This document shows, piece by piece, positions 47,903 to 58,998 of a DNA stretch of 64,000 bases (position 1 is the first letter of the stretch; every line of letters starts with the position of its first letter). A program made the position numbers and the translations under genes. The DNA is taken from contig JAQWEN010000001.1 of the NCBI GenBank assembly GCA_028704885.1, positions 427,999 through 491,998 of the forward strand. Direction: 5' to 3'. A model generated the notes under the pieces. It was not told where the DNA came from. It did no database searches and saw nothing but the letters and a program-made list of their open reading frames with translations. The DNA is from Candidatus Shapirobacteria bacterium (GTDB taxonomy: Bacteria; Patescibacteriota; Microgenomatia; UBA12405).

Positions 47903-48781
47903 TTAATTATCAGAAAAAAGTTTAAAAAGTTCCCTGTCAGTTATTTTTGAAAAAACTATTGGAGGTTTTGATTTTTTTATTTGTTTTTTAGCGGCTCTGA
48001 TAATTTTTATATAATTTGGACCGGATAAAACACGACCAATAATGGCAAATTTATTTAGAAAAAGAAGTTGAGGATCGGTAATATTTCGCCAAACTGAAAG
48101 TAATCGATTTCTTTCTTTGACATAATTTAAAAGACCTTTGGAAAATTTAGACATAGTTGATTCATGACGATGTTCAACAATACATTTAGGTTCCCATAAA
48201 AGGGTATAACCAGATTTCCAAGCTCTTAGACCTAAATCTAAATCTTCAGAATAAAATGGTTTATAAACTTCATCAAAACCGCCTAATTTTTGAAAAATAT
48301 CTTTTCTGATTATAGAACTACCTCCAGAAAGCCAAGCAGTTATATGAGTTTTATTAATATCGATACCTGGTTCGTGTTGAAGATAGCCATTTTTCCAAAA
48401 AATTCTGGCCCAGTTTTCGTGACCCAATTCAGCAAAACCAACTCCAAATAAATTTGGATCAGAAAAATGTTTAAGGGCATTTTTAATATAATCCTGGTGA
48501 GGGAAAATATCATTATTTAATATAACTACTAAATCACCTTTACTTTTTAAAATCGCATTATTAGAATTTTTACCGAAACCAAGATTATTTTTATTAGCAA
48601 TTAATTTTAATTTTGAATATTTTTTTTGTAATTCTTTAATATAATCAATACTTTTATCTGAAGAAGCATCATCGGCAACAATAATTTCTTCGGCTTCTGG
48701 ACTGACTTTTATTACTTGTTCTAGATTTTTTTTAATTAAAGCCAAACCGTTCCAATTAGTAATAATGACTGATATTTTCAT
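47903..48781 (-). CDS. Glycosyltransferase family 2
   Basis: ISVIITNWNGLALIKKNLEQV...EEIIVADDASSDKS and YSEDLDLGLR. Confidence 0.75.
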   Translation of the reverse strand: MKISVIITNWNGLALIKKNLEQVIKVSPEAEEIIVADDASSDKSIDYIKELQKKYSKLKLIANKNNLGFGKNSNNAILKSKGDLVVILNNDIFPHQDYIKNALKHFSDPNLFGVGFAELGHENWARIFWKNGYLQHEPGIDINKTHITAWLSGGSSIIRKDIFQKLGGFDEVYKPFYSEDLDLGLRAWKSGYTLLWEPKCIVEHRHESTMSKFSKGLLNYVKERNRLLSVWRNITDPQLLFLNKFAIIGRVLSGPNYIKIIRAAKKQIKKSKPPIVFSKITDRELFKLFSDN

Positions 48782-48782
48782 A

Positions 48783-50027
48783 TTATTTTTTAATCAAATC
48801 AAGAAATTCAGATTCAAAATTATCTTTTGAAAATTTTTGACATTTAAAAAGAGCTTTTTGAGACATTCTTTCTAAATCTTGGGGTGAGTCAATTAAACTT
48901 TTAGTCTTAAAAATTAATTCATCGGTAGTTTTCCATAAATAACCATCAATTCCATCTTTTATAATTTCCGGAATGCCACCTTTGGCAATGACAACAGGAA
49001 CTAGTCCAGAAGCCATAGCTTCGACCACAGTCATACCGAAATGTTCGGTATTTTCTGGGTGATTATTTTCATCAACATCAAAACCAGCAGCGTGCCAATA
49101 AATTTTTGATTTGGAATAAATTTCTTTTAAGTTTTCAAAGTTTGGATTAATAATAAATTCAATTGGTAAATCTTGAGCCTTTTTCTGTAGGTATTTAAGG
49201 TAAGAATTTTGACTTGGATCAATTAAACTACCCCCAGCCAAAATCAATTTCCAATTTTTAATATCTTCTTTTTCAAACAAAACTTTAAACGCATCGATTA
49301 AAACATCTTGCTTTTTGGCATTTAAAACATTATCGAATCGGCCGACAGAAAGAATGACATTTTCTTTAACTTTAGAAATTTCAAATTTTTCGACATCGAC
49401 AGGCGGATAAAGGACAGTAATCTTTGAAGGAATTTCATCTTGATAAAATTTGGCGGTGAATTCGGAATTACAAATTATTTTTGAAAATAAGAGTAATTTT
49501 GATTTGGTAATAAATTTGTTAAAAATATTTTTTTTATTTAAAAAAGGGACTTGAATATGAAGAAAATTTTGCTTACCTAAAAGAATGGGAATACTGCCAT
49601 CTCCTAAATAAAAAAAGAGATCATATTTACTGGTTGTTTTTAATTTGCCAACAAAATTGGTAATTTTTTGATGAATTTTTTGAGGATTAAGTGATTTATT
49701 AATGATATTAAATAAATTTTCTTCTTCTTCAAAAAGATCAATTTGCTGTGGTTTTATTTGAAAAATATCCTTAACCAAATTAATACCTTCTAGTTTTAAA
49801 GAAAATCGTTGTTGAGCTTTTTCAATTAAATCTTGATTACCAGACCAAAATAAATCGACTTTGTATCCGTGTTCTAATAATATTTCAGCAACGGTGAGAC
49901 AATACCTTTCACCACCACCTAAAGTATCTAAATAAGGATCATAGATTGCGGCTCTTTTTACCATCAAATTCATGATATCACTAAATCTGTTTATTTTGTT
50001 TTTGTTGAATTTCCCAAAGACGGGCAT
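48783..50027 (-). CDS. Glycosyltransferase family 4 (GT-B)
   Basis: EHFGMTVVEAMASGLVPVVIAKGGIPEII (E-x7-E). Confidence 0.75.
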   Translation of the reverse strand: MPVFGKFNKNKINRFSDIMNLMVKRAAIYDPYLDTLGGGERYCLTVAEILLEHGYKVDLFWSGNQDLIEKAQQRFSLKLEGINLVKDIFQIKPQQIDLFEEEENLFNIINKSLNPQKIHQKITNFVGKLKTTSKYDLFFYLGDGSIPILLGKQNFLHIQVPFLNKKNIFNKFITKSKLLLFSKIICNSEFTAKFYQDEIPSKITVLYPPVDVEKFEISKVKENVILSVGRFDNVLNAKKQDVLIDAFKVLFEKEDIKNWKLILAGGSLIDPSQNSYLKYLQKKAQDLPIEFIINPNFENLKEIYSKSKIYWHAAGFDVDENNHPENTEHFGMTVVEAMASGLVPVVIAKGGIPEIIKDGIDGYLWKTTDELIFKTKSLIDSPQDLERMSQKALFKCQKFSKDNFESEFLDLIKK

Positions 50028-50769
50028 AGATTAAAAATGTGTCGAAGGTTTCAAATAAAACAGAAATCCAACCAACAGTGCCATCGCGCCACATTTTTTG
50101 AATAATAAGACGTTCCCAAATTTTAGTTAACATCATTCTAATAAAACGCCACCAAACTACTGGGGGGTGATTATTTTGAAAAAGAGCCTGGGCTTCCATA
50201 TCAGTCCAAACTAAAGTTTTATTAACCATAGAATTTAAATTTCGATGAGTATAGTGAAGGAGGTCGGATTTTAAATGCTCTAGAGGGCCGATAATGAGCG
50301 GTTCTTCGTGAAGAATACCCTTATAACCTTTGAAATTTTTTCTAAGATAGAGTCTTTTGACATAGTCTGGATAAGAACCACCAAATTTAACTCTTTTACC
50401 TAAGTAATAGTTGGCGCGAGGAATGGCGTAATGAGAAATAGAATTATTTTTTAAATTTATTTTTTTAATTATTTCTTGTTTTAATTCTGGAGTAATTCTT
50501 TCATCAGCATCAACATATAAAATCCAATCTTTAGTGGCGTTTTGAAAACCGAGATTGCGCCATTTGGAAAAATTCTTATTATATTCGTCGGTAGTTTTTA
50601 TTACCTTGATTGAAGGTATGGTTTTTTTGGCAAGAACGACAGTATCGTCAGTAGAATTAGCAGCAACAAGAATAACTTCATCAGTCCAATTGCATGACTT
50701 TAAACAATCGACAATCATCTGTTCTTCATTGCCAGCTAAAATTATAATAGAAAGGTTTTTAGTGTTCAT
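49981..50769 (-). CDS. Glycosyltransferase family 2
   Basis: LSIIILAGNEEQMIVDCLKSC.WTDEVILVAANSTDDT and ILYVDADERITPEL. Confidence 0.7.
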   Translation of the reverse strand: MNTKNLSIIILAGNEEQMIVDCLKSCNWTDEVILVAANSTDDTVVLAKKTIPSIKVIKTTDEYNKNFSKWRNLGFQNATKDWILYVDADERITPELKQEIIKKINLKNNSISHYAIPRANYYLGKRVKFGGSYPDYVKRLYLRKNFKGYKGILHEEPLIIGPLEHLKSDLLHYTHRNLNSMVNKTLVWTDMEAQALFQNNHPPVVWWRFIRMMLTKIWERLIIQKMWRDGTVGWISVLFETFDTFLIYARLWEIQQKQNKQI

Positions 50770-51674
50770 TGCCAGCTCCCCTTGTTCATTTTATGAAGAT
50801 AAAGATCGATTACAGCTTGTTTTTTCCATTTTGATTGACTGAAAAATGTTTTTATTGATTCTCTAAAAATAGCCATTTTTGTTCTTAAACCAGCATATTT
50901 ATAAGCAAAATAAATTCTATTTCTAGTTATAAAGTAGTCGTGTAAGTCGCCGCCACTTTTTGAAGAAGCAGAATTAATATGCCAAATAATTGATTTAGGA
51001 ATACAAGCCAATTTTAAATTAGATTTTTTGGCTCGCTGACAAAAATCAACATCTTCAAGATACATAAAGTAATTTTTATCCAAAAGACCGATAGTTTTAA
51101 AAACACCTCGACTGGCCATAAGACAACAACCACTAATAAAATCAACGTCTTCATTTATTTTTTCAAATTGGCCATGATCAACCTTATCAATGCTAATATT
51201 GCTGCCATAAATATTATTCCAGTCCATTTTTCCACCCATCGACCAAATAACTTTACCCAAATCGTTTTTTTGATAGCGATCTTTATGAAACTCAAAGCCG
51301 GGAGCAAAGTAAATTTTTGGGCCTAAAATATCATAATTATTAGATTCTTTTAATAATTCTTCAATGAAATTTGGATCGACAATAACATCATTATTAATGA
51401 GAACTATAAAATCGAAATTGTTATCAAGGGCATAATTAATACCAAAATTATTACCAACATAACCAAGATTGGCTTTGGTATTTAGAATTTTTACTAATTT
51501 ATTCTTATTATATTTTTTATTAAAAATTTCTAATGAGTTGTCTGATGAACCATTATCGACCAAAACAATTTCATAAGAAAAAGATGGATGATTTATTTTT
51601 AGAAGAGAATCAATAGTATCAACTGTAAGTTTCGGTTGTTTCCAATTTAAAACGATGATGGCAATTTTGGTCAT
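50766..51674 (-). CDS. Glycosyltransferase family 2 (rhamnosyltransferase-like)
   Basis: IAIIVLNWKQPKLTVDTIDSL...YEIVLVDNGSSDNS, LINNDVIV and YLEDVDFC. Confidence 0.75.
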   Translation of the reverse strand: MTKIAIIVLNWKQPKLTVDTIDSLLKINHPSFSYEIVLVDNGSSDNSLEIFNKKYNKNKLVKILNTKANLGYVGNNFGINYALDNNFDFIVLINNDVIVDPNFIEELLKESNNYDILGPKIYFAPGFEFHKDRYQKNDLGKVIWSMGGKMDWNNIYGSNISIDKVDHGQFEKINEDVDFISGCCLMASRGVFKTIGLLDKNYFMYLEDVDFCQRAKKSNLKLACIPKSIIWHINSASSKSGGDLHDYFITRNRIYFAYKYAGLRTKMAIFRESIKTFFSQSKWKKQAVIDLYLHKMNKGSWQ

Positions 51675-51678
51675 GAAA

Positions 51679-52683
51679 CTAAAAATTTTTAGTTAGATAA
51701 TTTAAGGTCAAACGGATTTTGAGAAGTATTTTTTTGAATATATTGGTGGAATATTCATTTTTAAAATATTTATTAAACCAAAAATCATATTCAAAAACAG
51801 TTTCTTGACTAGCAGAAACAAAGGATTCCTTAGTAAGAGGTTTATCTTGGCAACCTTGTTTTTCCCATAATCTAATATAAATTAGACTAATGGCAAAAGC
51901 CTGGAGAAGAGAAAAAACTAAACCATGAAAACCATCTTTATAACCTTCAGCAAAGAAAAAACGACTGTTGAATTCTTGAATTGGTTTTAAGATAAAATCA
52001 CTAGTTTTAATCTTGTAGTCGGCAGCAAATAATTCATCGGCTTGAATACCACTATAACGAAGGGCTCGAGTCACAAATTGGTTAACACTAGTGTAATTAT
52101 TATGTTGAATGGCTAATTTTTCGGAATCAAGAAGAGTGATACCATTACCTTTAACATTTGGCTGACTGTGAATTTCTTTTTTCCAAGTGACAGCACCTTT
52201 TTTAAAAAAACGGATTAAATAATCAGGCCAATGGTTAGAATGACGAATCCATTTACCAAAAATAATATTTTTTCTAGGAATTTTAACGTAGTCAACATCG
52301 CTTCTTTTGGTGATGGAAAGTAATTCTCTTTTTAGGGTTTTATTTAAAAATTCATCAGGATCGAGAAGCAAAATCCACTTTCCGGTGGCTTTGGAAATGG
52401 CAAAATTTCTGGCTGGTTCAACAAATTTCATTGGTCGGTAAGAATAGACCTTGGCTCCGGCATTTTTAGCAATGTCTTGACTACCATCAGTCGAATTCAT
52501 ATCAACAACAATGATTTCGTCAACTAAATTTTTAATGGAGTGAAGGCATTTACTTAAAGATTCAGCTTCATTTTTAACGTTTATAACAGCCGAAATTAAA
52601 GGTTTTTTGTTCATAATTGAATATGATATTCTATCACTTCCTGGTCTGATAGATTCTAACCTGACCATTATTAAAGATTTCAT
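51679..52683 (-). CDS. Glycosyltransferase family 2
   Basis: ISAVINVKNEAESLSKCLHSI...DEIIVVDMNSTDGS and ILLLDPDEFLNKTL. Confidence 0.7.
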   Translation of the reverse strand: MKSLIMVRLESIRPGSDRISYSIMNKKPLISAVINVKNEAESLSKCLHSIKNLVDEIIVVDMNSTDGSQDIAKNAGAKVYSYRPMKFVEPARNFAISKATGKWILLLDPDEFLNKTLKRELLSITKRSDVDYVKIPRKNIIFGKWIRHSNHWPDYLIRFFKKGAVTWKKEIHSQPNVKGNGITLLDSEKLAIQHNNYTSVNQFVTRALRYSGIQADELFAADYKIKTSDFILKPIQEFNSRFFFAEGYKDGFHGLVFSLLQAFAISLIYIRLWEKQGCQDKPLTKESFVSASQETVFEYDFWFNKYFKNEYSTNIFKKILLKIRLTLNYLTKNF

Positions 52684-54343
52684 CTATTTGAAGATCAAAG
52701 GTACTTAGGGTGAAATTTTGGTCAGCGACTAAATAAATATATTTAATATTGTTGTTATTAAGAAAACCTCTGGCGAAAAATTGATCAGCGGTGGAAAAGA
52801 ATTTTTCTTCTTCAGTCCGTCTTTGTTGCCAATTAAAACCAGTAATATCAAGATTCATTTCATCCTCTAAAAATGTTTGTTTATGACTAAAAGCAGAAAC
52901 ATAGGCGGTAGTTTCATAGGCATATAAAGGAATAGGGGTAATCATTTTGTCCTTTTTGTATTTATCGTAGGGAAAAGTTAAGACAAAGCCATTATCTTGA
53001 TTTTTAAGAAAATTAAGAGCCTCAATTTCTGAATTAGGAAGAGAACTGGGAGGTGGATTGCCAAAATAATCTTTAAGAGTGCCGATAGTGGTAATGGAAG
53101 AAATAAACAATAAAAGTATCACTAATATTTTATGTTTTGACCAGTGATTTGATAAAAATTGAGCAAAATAAAAGTTGGCAAAAAAGAGGAAATAATAAAA
53201 AAACTGAATTGTATTCCAAGCAGTCCCCTTTTGAACAAAAAGGAGGGGAATTAGAAATGAAAAAATAAGAACAAAAATAATTAAATTATCAAAGTGATTT
53301 AATTTTTTCTTTAAGATTTTGGAATAAATTTCAAAGAAAGCTAAAAATCGAGTGCCTAAGTTGCCTATTAAAAAAATTAAAACTAAAATAATTTCAATAA
53401 AAATAGAAATAAAAATATTAGTTTGATTAAAGCGGAAAGAAGCTAATTTTGGCCAATATAATTTGTCGATTGATTCAATCATGGAATGAGTGAACCAAAG
53501 TGGCTTAAATTCGAGAAGAGAGTTACCTTGTAATACGCCTAAAAGACCAACTATTAAAAGAGAGACTAAACCGGTTGTTAGACAAACGGTAAAATTAAAA
53601 CCAAATATTTTTTTGGATTTAATGGCATTAAAAAGCCAATGTAAGGATAAAGCCAAGCCAATTAAAATGCCGGCATAAACCTTGATACCACTTAATAAAC
53701 CAAAAATTAAACCTATTAAAATTGCAAATTTAATTGAATTGGAAGAATAATATTTACACCAAAGAGTTAGACCAAACAAAATTAAAATTAAAGACAAGGC
53801 AAAAGGCGGATTTAAGAGAGTGGAAACGGATTGCATTGACCAAAAAAGAGATTCGCCACCAAGTTGGTGATTTTTTAACAAAGTGTAAATCCAGCCAAAA
53901 GATCCAGAAAAATAATTTAAAATAACAAACAAAATACTGGTAATATTGTTTTTGGTGATTAAAAAAGCAAGTTTGAAAGATAAAAAGCCAAGCAAAAGTG
54001 CAAAAACAATCGGCAATATTTGAAAATAAAGAAGAACAGTATCTATTTTGGTTAGGTTGGAAATAAAAGCGACAAAAAAATCAAAACCCCAATGGTAATT
54101 ACTTAATAATTCTCCAGAATAGATTGGGTTTTGGGGTGGAACCTGCTGTTTTAATTGATTTATTAAACTTAAGTGCCAAATAGCATCGTGACCATTTGGG
54201 CCCCAAAAACCTAGACCAAATTGATTTTTTAGGCCACTTCTAAGCATAGTTAAAGAAAAAAGAATGGCACTAAGAGTGATTAAAACAACCAGAATAATTT
54301 TTATTTTTTTTGCCTTAGACATGAAAGTTGATGCCAAAACCAA
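52634..54343 (-). CDS. Large polytopic membrane protein with a C-terminal soluble domain (unassigned; possible polymerase or GT-C-like)
   Basis: About 13 predicted TM helices. The first loop is FGLGFWGPNGHDAIWHLSLINQL. No family was recognised. Confidence 0.35.
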   Translation of the reverse strand: MVLASTFMSKAKKIKIILVVLITLSAILFSLTMLRSGLKNQFGLGFWGPNGHDAIWHLSLINQLKQQVPPQNPIYSGELLSNYHWGFDFFVAFISNLTKIDTVLLYFQILPIVFALLLGFLSFKLAFLITKNNITSILFVILNYFSGSFGWIYTLLKNHQLGGESLFWSMQSVSTLLNPPFALSLILILFGLTLWCKYYSSNSIKFAILIGLIFGLLSGIKVYAGILIGLALSLHWLFNAIKSKKIFGFNFTVCLTTGLVSLLIVGLLGVLQGNSLLEFKPLWFTHSMIESIDKLYWPKLASFRFNQTNIFISIFIEIILVLIFLIGNLGTRFLAFFEIYSKILKKKLNHFDNLIIFVLIFSFLIPLLFVQKGTAWNTIQFFYYFLFFANFYFAQFLSNHWSKHKILVILLLFISSITTIGTLKDYFGNPPPSSLPNSEIEALNFLKNQDNGFVLTFPYDKYKKDKMITPIPLYAYETTAYVSAFSHKQTFLEDEMNLDITGFNWQQRRTEEEKFFSTADQFFARGFLNNNNIKYIYLVADQNFTLSTFDLQIDEIFNNGQVRIYQTRK

Positions 54344-55791
54344 ATAATTTCATTTTTAGAAAAAAGAAAAGTATAAAGACCATAGATTACAATCGAAATT
54401 AAGATTTTACCGATGATATTAAAAAAACTATTAAGATTTAAAGTTTGAAAAACTAAACAAGCAACAATCATTAATAAAGTAGCAATGGTTGGATTAAAAA
54501 TAGTTTTGATAATATGAATGTTAAAAATCCTTTTGGCAACAAACCAAACAATAAAAGAACTGAGACCGACGATTAAGGCTGCCCAAGCAGTACCAACATA
54601 GCCGAACTTATAACTTAAAATTGGAAAAAATATCCAAGTTAAGGTTGTCCACATAATCATGAACTTAGTGGTTAGAGTTATTTTACCGACAGCATTGAAA
54701 GCATTGGTTAGAGGGGTGGTAACAGAGGCGATAGCAACATTAACGGCATAAAGATAAAGAGGAAAAATAGCTGGAGCCCATTTGGTATATTTTGGAATGA
54801 AATTAATGATATCAGAAGAAATTAGGGCAATTCCAGCAGTCATAGGAAACACAAAAAGAGCGATAAAATAAATACTTTTTTCAAGTGATTTTTTTAAAAC
54901 TTCTTTATTATCTTGAAGACGAGCAAAAGTGGGAAAAGTAACTTTCATGATAGCATCCATGAAACTAAGAGGAATTCTAGGGCCTTTTTGAGCCCAAGCG
55001 AGAATACCGTAGGCATCTCGACCAATTATGCCGGCGACAAAAAGACTGGAGAATTTATCTTTAGCGACAGAAATAAATGAATTTAGTTGATAAGGAATGC
55101 CATACTTAAAAAGTAATTTAATTGAATCCAGATGAAGGTCAAAGCCAATTGGCCAAAAACTATATCGATAAATCATAACTAAACCAACAAGACTACGAAT
55201 GAAGGTAGCAATGGCATAGGAATAGGCGCCAAAGCCTAAGAAAGCAAAAATAACTGCAAAAACATAAAAACAGGCATTTTCGACAATGTCGATGGTGGAA
55301 ATTAATTTAAAGTTTAGTTTTCTTTCCAATAAAACAGATGGAACAGTTTTTAAGGAAGCACAAATAAAAGAAAAACAAAGTGAAATAAAAATCCAAAATT
55401 CTTTGGGGCCATAACCTTTGGCTAAGCTAACTTTGGAATAAACAAAATAAATGACAATCAAAGAAATAAAAACTAGGATTTGCTGGATAGTAAAAGTAGT
55501 TTGGAGTTCTTCTTTTTTAATTTCAGCTTTCTTTTGAATTAGAGCGGCAGCCAAACCAATATCAGAAAAATAACCTAAAATACTGACTGATTCTGAGACA
55601 ACAGCAAACAAACCAACATCACCAACACCTAACAAGATGGTTAGTAAAAAGAAACCAATAATAGAAATCCCTTGAATACCAATATTTCTCAAAGAGAGAA
55701 ATAAAACGTTTTTAGTAGTTTTTTGTTTTATTTCTTGGAGATCAATTTCTTCCATAGTGGATTTAATAAATATAAAACTAACCCCAACCAA
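54301..55791 (-). CDS. wzx: Polysaccharide biosynthesis protein / oligosaccharide flippase (Wzx, MOP superfamily)
   Basis: 496 aa with about 12-14 TM helices. N-terminus NVLFLSLRNIGIQGISIIGFFLLTILLGVGDVGLFAVVSESVSILGYFSDIGLAAALIQKK matches the PST-family N-terminus. Confidence 0.65.
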   Translation of the reverse strand: MVGVSFIFIKSTMEEIDLQEIKQKTTKNVLFLSLRNIGIQGISIIGFFLLTILLGVGDVGLFAVVSESVSILGYFSDIGLAAALIQKKAEIKKEELQTTFTIQQILVFISLIVIYFVYSKVSLAKGYGPKEFWIFISLCFSFICASLKTVPSVLLERKLNFKLISTIDIVENACFYVFAVIFAFLGFGAYSYAIATFIRSLVGLVMIYRYSFWPIGFDLHLDSIKLLFKYGIPYQLNSFISVAKDKFSSLFVAGIIGRDAYGILAWAQKGPRIPLSFMDAIMKVTFPTFARLQDNKEVLKKSLEKSIYFIALFVFPMTAGIALISSDIINFIPKYTKWAPAIFPLYLYAVNVAIASVTTPLTNAFNAVGKITLTTKFMIMWTTLTWIFFPILSYKFGYVGTAWAALIVGLSSFIVWFVAKRIFNIHIIKTIFNPTIATLLMIVACLVFQTLNLNSFFNIIGKILISIVIYGLYTFLFSKNEIIWFWHQLSCLRQKK

Positions 55792-57467
55792 GCAAATAAA
55801 GAAATATAATTGGAAATAGTCCTAATAGGAGTGTTCTTTAATTTAACATAAATTTGATGATCACCGGCTTTTAAATTTATTACCATGCGACCAAGATCTG
55901 GTTCAATTTGATAATCTATCTTTTGACCTTTATCGGTAATTTCAAAATTAGGAAAAGCTAATTGGGAAATAGTAACTTTGGCATCTTTATTAAGAAAGAG
56001 ATTAAAAAACAACCAATCAGTTCCTTTTTTTTGGCCAGAAAGATTAATTAGAGAATTTTGAGGATCGATATTGTCGATATACGGGGTAGCAGCTGAGGTG
56101 GGAGCCGACGAAGCAGTTTTTGGTAAATAATCATAAATACTGGCAGAACTTTGGGCAGCCCAAGCTTGTCCAGAAAATTTTTGTTCATCTGTAAGCGGTC
56201 CACTGGTAATTGGATGAAAATAATTTAAATTAATTGAAATTAAAATAATTAAAGTTAAAGAAATAATTATTGTAGTTAGCTTTTTATTAATGTATTTATT
56301 GAAAATAAAAGGCAAAACGCCGATAGATAAGGAAAGGAAAAAGGCAGCGTTGTTTAAAAAACGCCAAGGGAATTGAATTTTTTGAATAGGAGAAAATATT
56401 TGCCAAATTATGGTTGATTTGTTGTGGACCATAAAAATGGAAAATAAACCCATAATCGAAAGAAGTAGAGAAATAATTATTTTTTTGTCTAAAATCTGTT
56501 TTTTAATTAGAAGAAAAATAGAAAAGAAGATTATTAGTAAAGGAATAATCCAATGAAGATAACCAATCATAAAAGACATACCATCATTAGGGCCCCAAAT
56601 TGAGCCACCGTCACCCCAAAAATTACTGATAAACAATTGATAGAGCGAAGCAAAATGAGCTGAATAATGATAATAACCCTCAAACATTTTTTTAAATTGG
56701 GTTAAATTACTTTCAAAAAGAACTGGTAAAGTAAAAAAGGCGGTTAACGATAAAGCGAAAATTCCAGAAAATAAAAATTTAAGGAACAAAGGTAATTGTT
56801 TAATTATTTTTTTAGAAAAAACAATTTTTTTATCAATAATTAACCAAAACAAAGACCAAGCTAAAAAGAAAGGGGTGAAGGTTAAAACCATAGGATTGTG
56901 GGATAGAAATAAGGCAGCATAAGCCAAGGAAAGGCCAATAATATTTTTATTTTTGCCAGTTTTGATGAGCTGATAGGAAAAATAAAAAATTAAAGGAAAG
57001 AAAACAGCAGCCCAGGCTTCGTTGTAGGCACCACGAACATAAATATTAAGAGCATGATAAGGCGCGTAGGTATAAAATAAAGCGGAAAGTAAACCTCCAA
57101 ACTCACCAAATAAAGTTTTGGCTAAAAGATACATAAAAAAAGCAGCTAAAATTATTTGAGTTACAGCGATTAATTTGGCAGAATTTACAAAAGAAAAGCC
57201 TAGTGTTCGATATATTTGACCGACGATGTAAGGCATGGGTGGATAAAAGTTAAAAAGAGGATAGCCATATTCGTAACCAAGATCTGGAGACCAACGACAA
57301 GGTATTTGACCATCTTTTAGACATTTTTCCATTTCTAATTGGCGAATCATCTGCATATCATCATGCATGTTGTAATAGCCAGGTTTTAATAATGAGAAAA
57401 AGGCCGGAATAACGGCTATTAAAAGAATTAAGGGAAAAATATTTTTTTTAATTAGATTGAATTTCAT
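55728..57467 (-). CDS. Large polytopic membrane protein, DD-motif family member 3 (probable GT-C)
   Basis: NMHDDMQMIRQLEMEKCLKDGQIPCRWSPDLGYEYGYPLFNFYPPMPYIVGQ, colinear with 32874-34553 and 34550-36190. Confidence 0.5.
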   Translation of the reverse strand: MKFNLIKKNIFPLILLIAVIPAFFSLLKPGYYNMHDDMQMIRQLEMEKCLKDGQIPCRWSPDLGYEYGYPLFNFYPPMPYIVGQIYRTLGFSFVNSAKLIAVTQIILAAFFMYLLAKTLFGEFGGLLSALFYTYAPYHALNIYVRGAYNEAWAAVFFPLIFYFSYQLIKTGKNKNIIGLSLAYAALFLSHNPMVLTFTPFFLAWSLFWLIIDKKIVFSKKIIKQLPLFLKFLFSGIFALSLTAFFTLPVLFESNLTQFKKMFEGYYHYSAHFASLYQLFISNFWGDGGSIWGPNDGMSFMIGYLHWIIPLLIIFFSIFLLIKKQILDKKIIISLLLSIMGLFSIFMVHNKSTIIWQIFSPIQKIQFPWRFLNNAAFFLSLSIGVLPFIFNKYINKKLTTIIISLTLIILISINLNYFHPITSGPLTDEQKFSGQAWAAQSSASIYDYLPKTASSAPTSAATPYIDNIDPQNSLINLSGQKKGTDWLFFNLFLNKDAKVTISQLAFPNFEITDKGQKIDYQIEPDLGRMVINLKAGDHQIYVKLKNTPIRTISNYISLFAWLGLVLYLLNPLWKKLISKK

Positions 57468-58998
57468 AGAGAATTAGTTTGTCGTTGTCAGGCTTATTAA
57501 ACGATTTAATTAATTTTAATCGACTTTGATCAATTATTTTAAGGCGAGATTGATTAATCAGAAGATAAACTTCATCACCATATTTTTTAGCATTGGCTAA
57601 GTTGGCGGGCAATTCGGTAAAACCAAGACCAAGGCCAATAATAGTTAAATGAGGAATTTTATTGCCATAAATTTGAAGACCATCTGGAAGAGTGCCAAAA
57701 GCACCTTCGGTTCCAACAATTACATTGGCTGATAAAGATCTTTGTTTTAGAAAATCAGCTGATTCTTTAATTCCCCACCCTGAAGTCCAATCAGATAAAT
57801 AACCTTGTTCAGTGGAAGTTAATTTTTGATGAAAAGGATCAATCGAAATTTTATAGATAAATTTTAGATTTAAAATAGAAATGGCGATAATAAAAATTGT
57901 TTTTAAGAAATTAGGTTTAATTTTGGTTAAAAAATTTAAAAAGCCAATAGAAATTAAAATAATTAAAGGTGGAAGAGTAAAGAGAATATAACGGGCAGTA
58001 AAAACTTTGGCAAGAGCAGCATTGGCAATTAAGGGTAAAATCCACCAACAAATTAGTATTAAATATTTAGTATTTAGTGATTTAGATTTTTTTTGGTTTT
58101 TTAGAAATAAAATTAAACCAATAAGAGCAAAGATCAAAAGTGGCCAAGAAATATATTGATTGTAAAGAGAAAGAGTGTTTAATAAATGAGGTTTAAGAGG
58201 ATCTAACGGATGTTTTAAAATTTCGGAAATTGACCAAATATAATCTTTATTTCGAATGGCAATCTGACTGAACTGGGGCCCAAGACGAAGAATATTGTAG
58301 ATTAAAAAAGCTAGGATAGAAGAAATTATAGGAAAAATTGTTAGTTTAATTTTACGAAAATTAAATAATAAAAAGGTGGTCAGAGATAAAACTATAAAAT
58401 AAATAGCTGGAGATTTAGTAAGCCAAGAAAGACCTAAAATAAAGCCCAAAATTAAGGATATATCTAATCTGGGATATTTGGCCAAAAGTAAAGAAAGAAA
58501 TAGAGCTGAAAGGCCAAAAAATGAAAGCAAAGTGTCAGCCAAAGCCATACGGTCAAAAAAGAAGGAAAAAGGCAGAAAACAATAGATTAAAGAAGGAAAT
58601 AGTGATTTGTAGAAATTTTTATTAATACTGTCTTTAATAAATTTAAAAATATTTTGATCTTTGGATTCGTAATTTAAAAAAACTGAGGTAGTTAAAAAAA
58701 GTAATAAAACTAGACCAAAACCAGCAAAGACAGAAACAATACGACCGGAGACTAAGGGATCAGAAAACATTTTTAGAGTAACAGCATTAATCCACATAAA
58801 AAGAGGCTGTTTACCGTCAGTTTGAGGAATAAATCGGAGAGATTCTTCTGCTTTAATGATTTGGGCCCAACGGATATAGATAGCTTCATCACCAAAAACT
58901 GGAATTGCAGTTAAATTTTGGAGACGAGAGAAAAAATAAAAAACAATGATTAGGATTGACAAAAACAAAGGAAAAAATTTATTTTTGATCATAAACAC
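57448..58998 (-). CDS. PMT_2/GT39/ArnT-like GT-C membrane glycosyltransferase (paralog H)
   Basis: TAIPVFGDEAIYIRWAQII after TM1 and more than 10 TM helices. It lies immediately downstream of a Dpm1-like GT2, giving an ArnC/ArnT-style pair. Confidence 0.65.
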   Translation of the reverse strand: MFMIKNKFFPLFLSILIIVFYFFSRLQNLTAIPVFGDEAIYIRWAQIIKAEESLRFIPQTDGKQPLFMWINAVTLKMFSDPLVSGRIVSVFAGFGLVLLLFLTTSVFLNYESKDQNIFKFIKDSINKNFYKSLFPSLIYCFLPFSFFFDRMALADTLLSFFGLSALFLSLLLAKYPRLDISLILGFILGLSWLTKSPAIYFIVLSLTTFLLFNFRKIKLTIFPIISSILAFLIYNILRLGPQFSQIAIRNKDYIWSISEILKHPLDPLKPHLLNTLSLYNQYISWPLLIFALIGLILFLKNQKKSKSLNTKYLILICWWILPLIANAALAKVFTARYILFTLPPLIILISIGFLNFLTKIKPNFLKTIFIIAISILNLKFIYKISIDPFHQKLTSTEQGYLSDWTSGWGIKESADFLKQRSLSANVIVGTEGAFGTLPDGLQIYGNKIPHLTIIGLGLGFTELPANLANAKKYGDEVYLLINQSRLKIIDQSRLKLIKSFNKPDNDKLILYEIQSN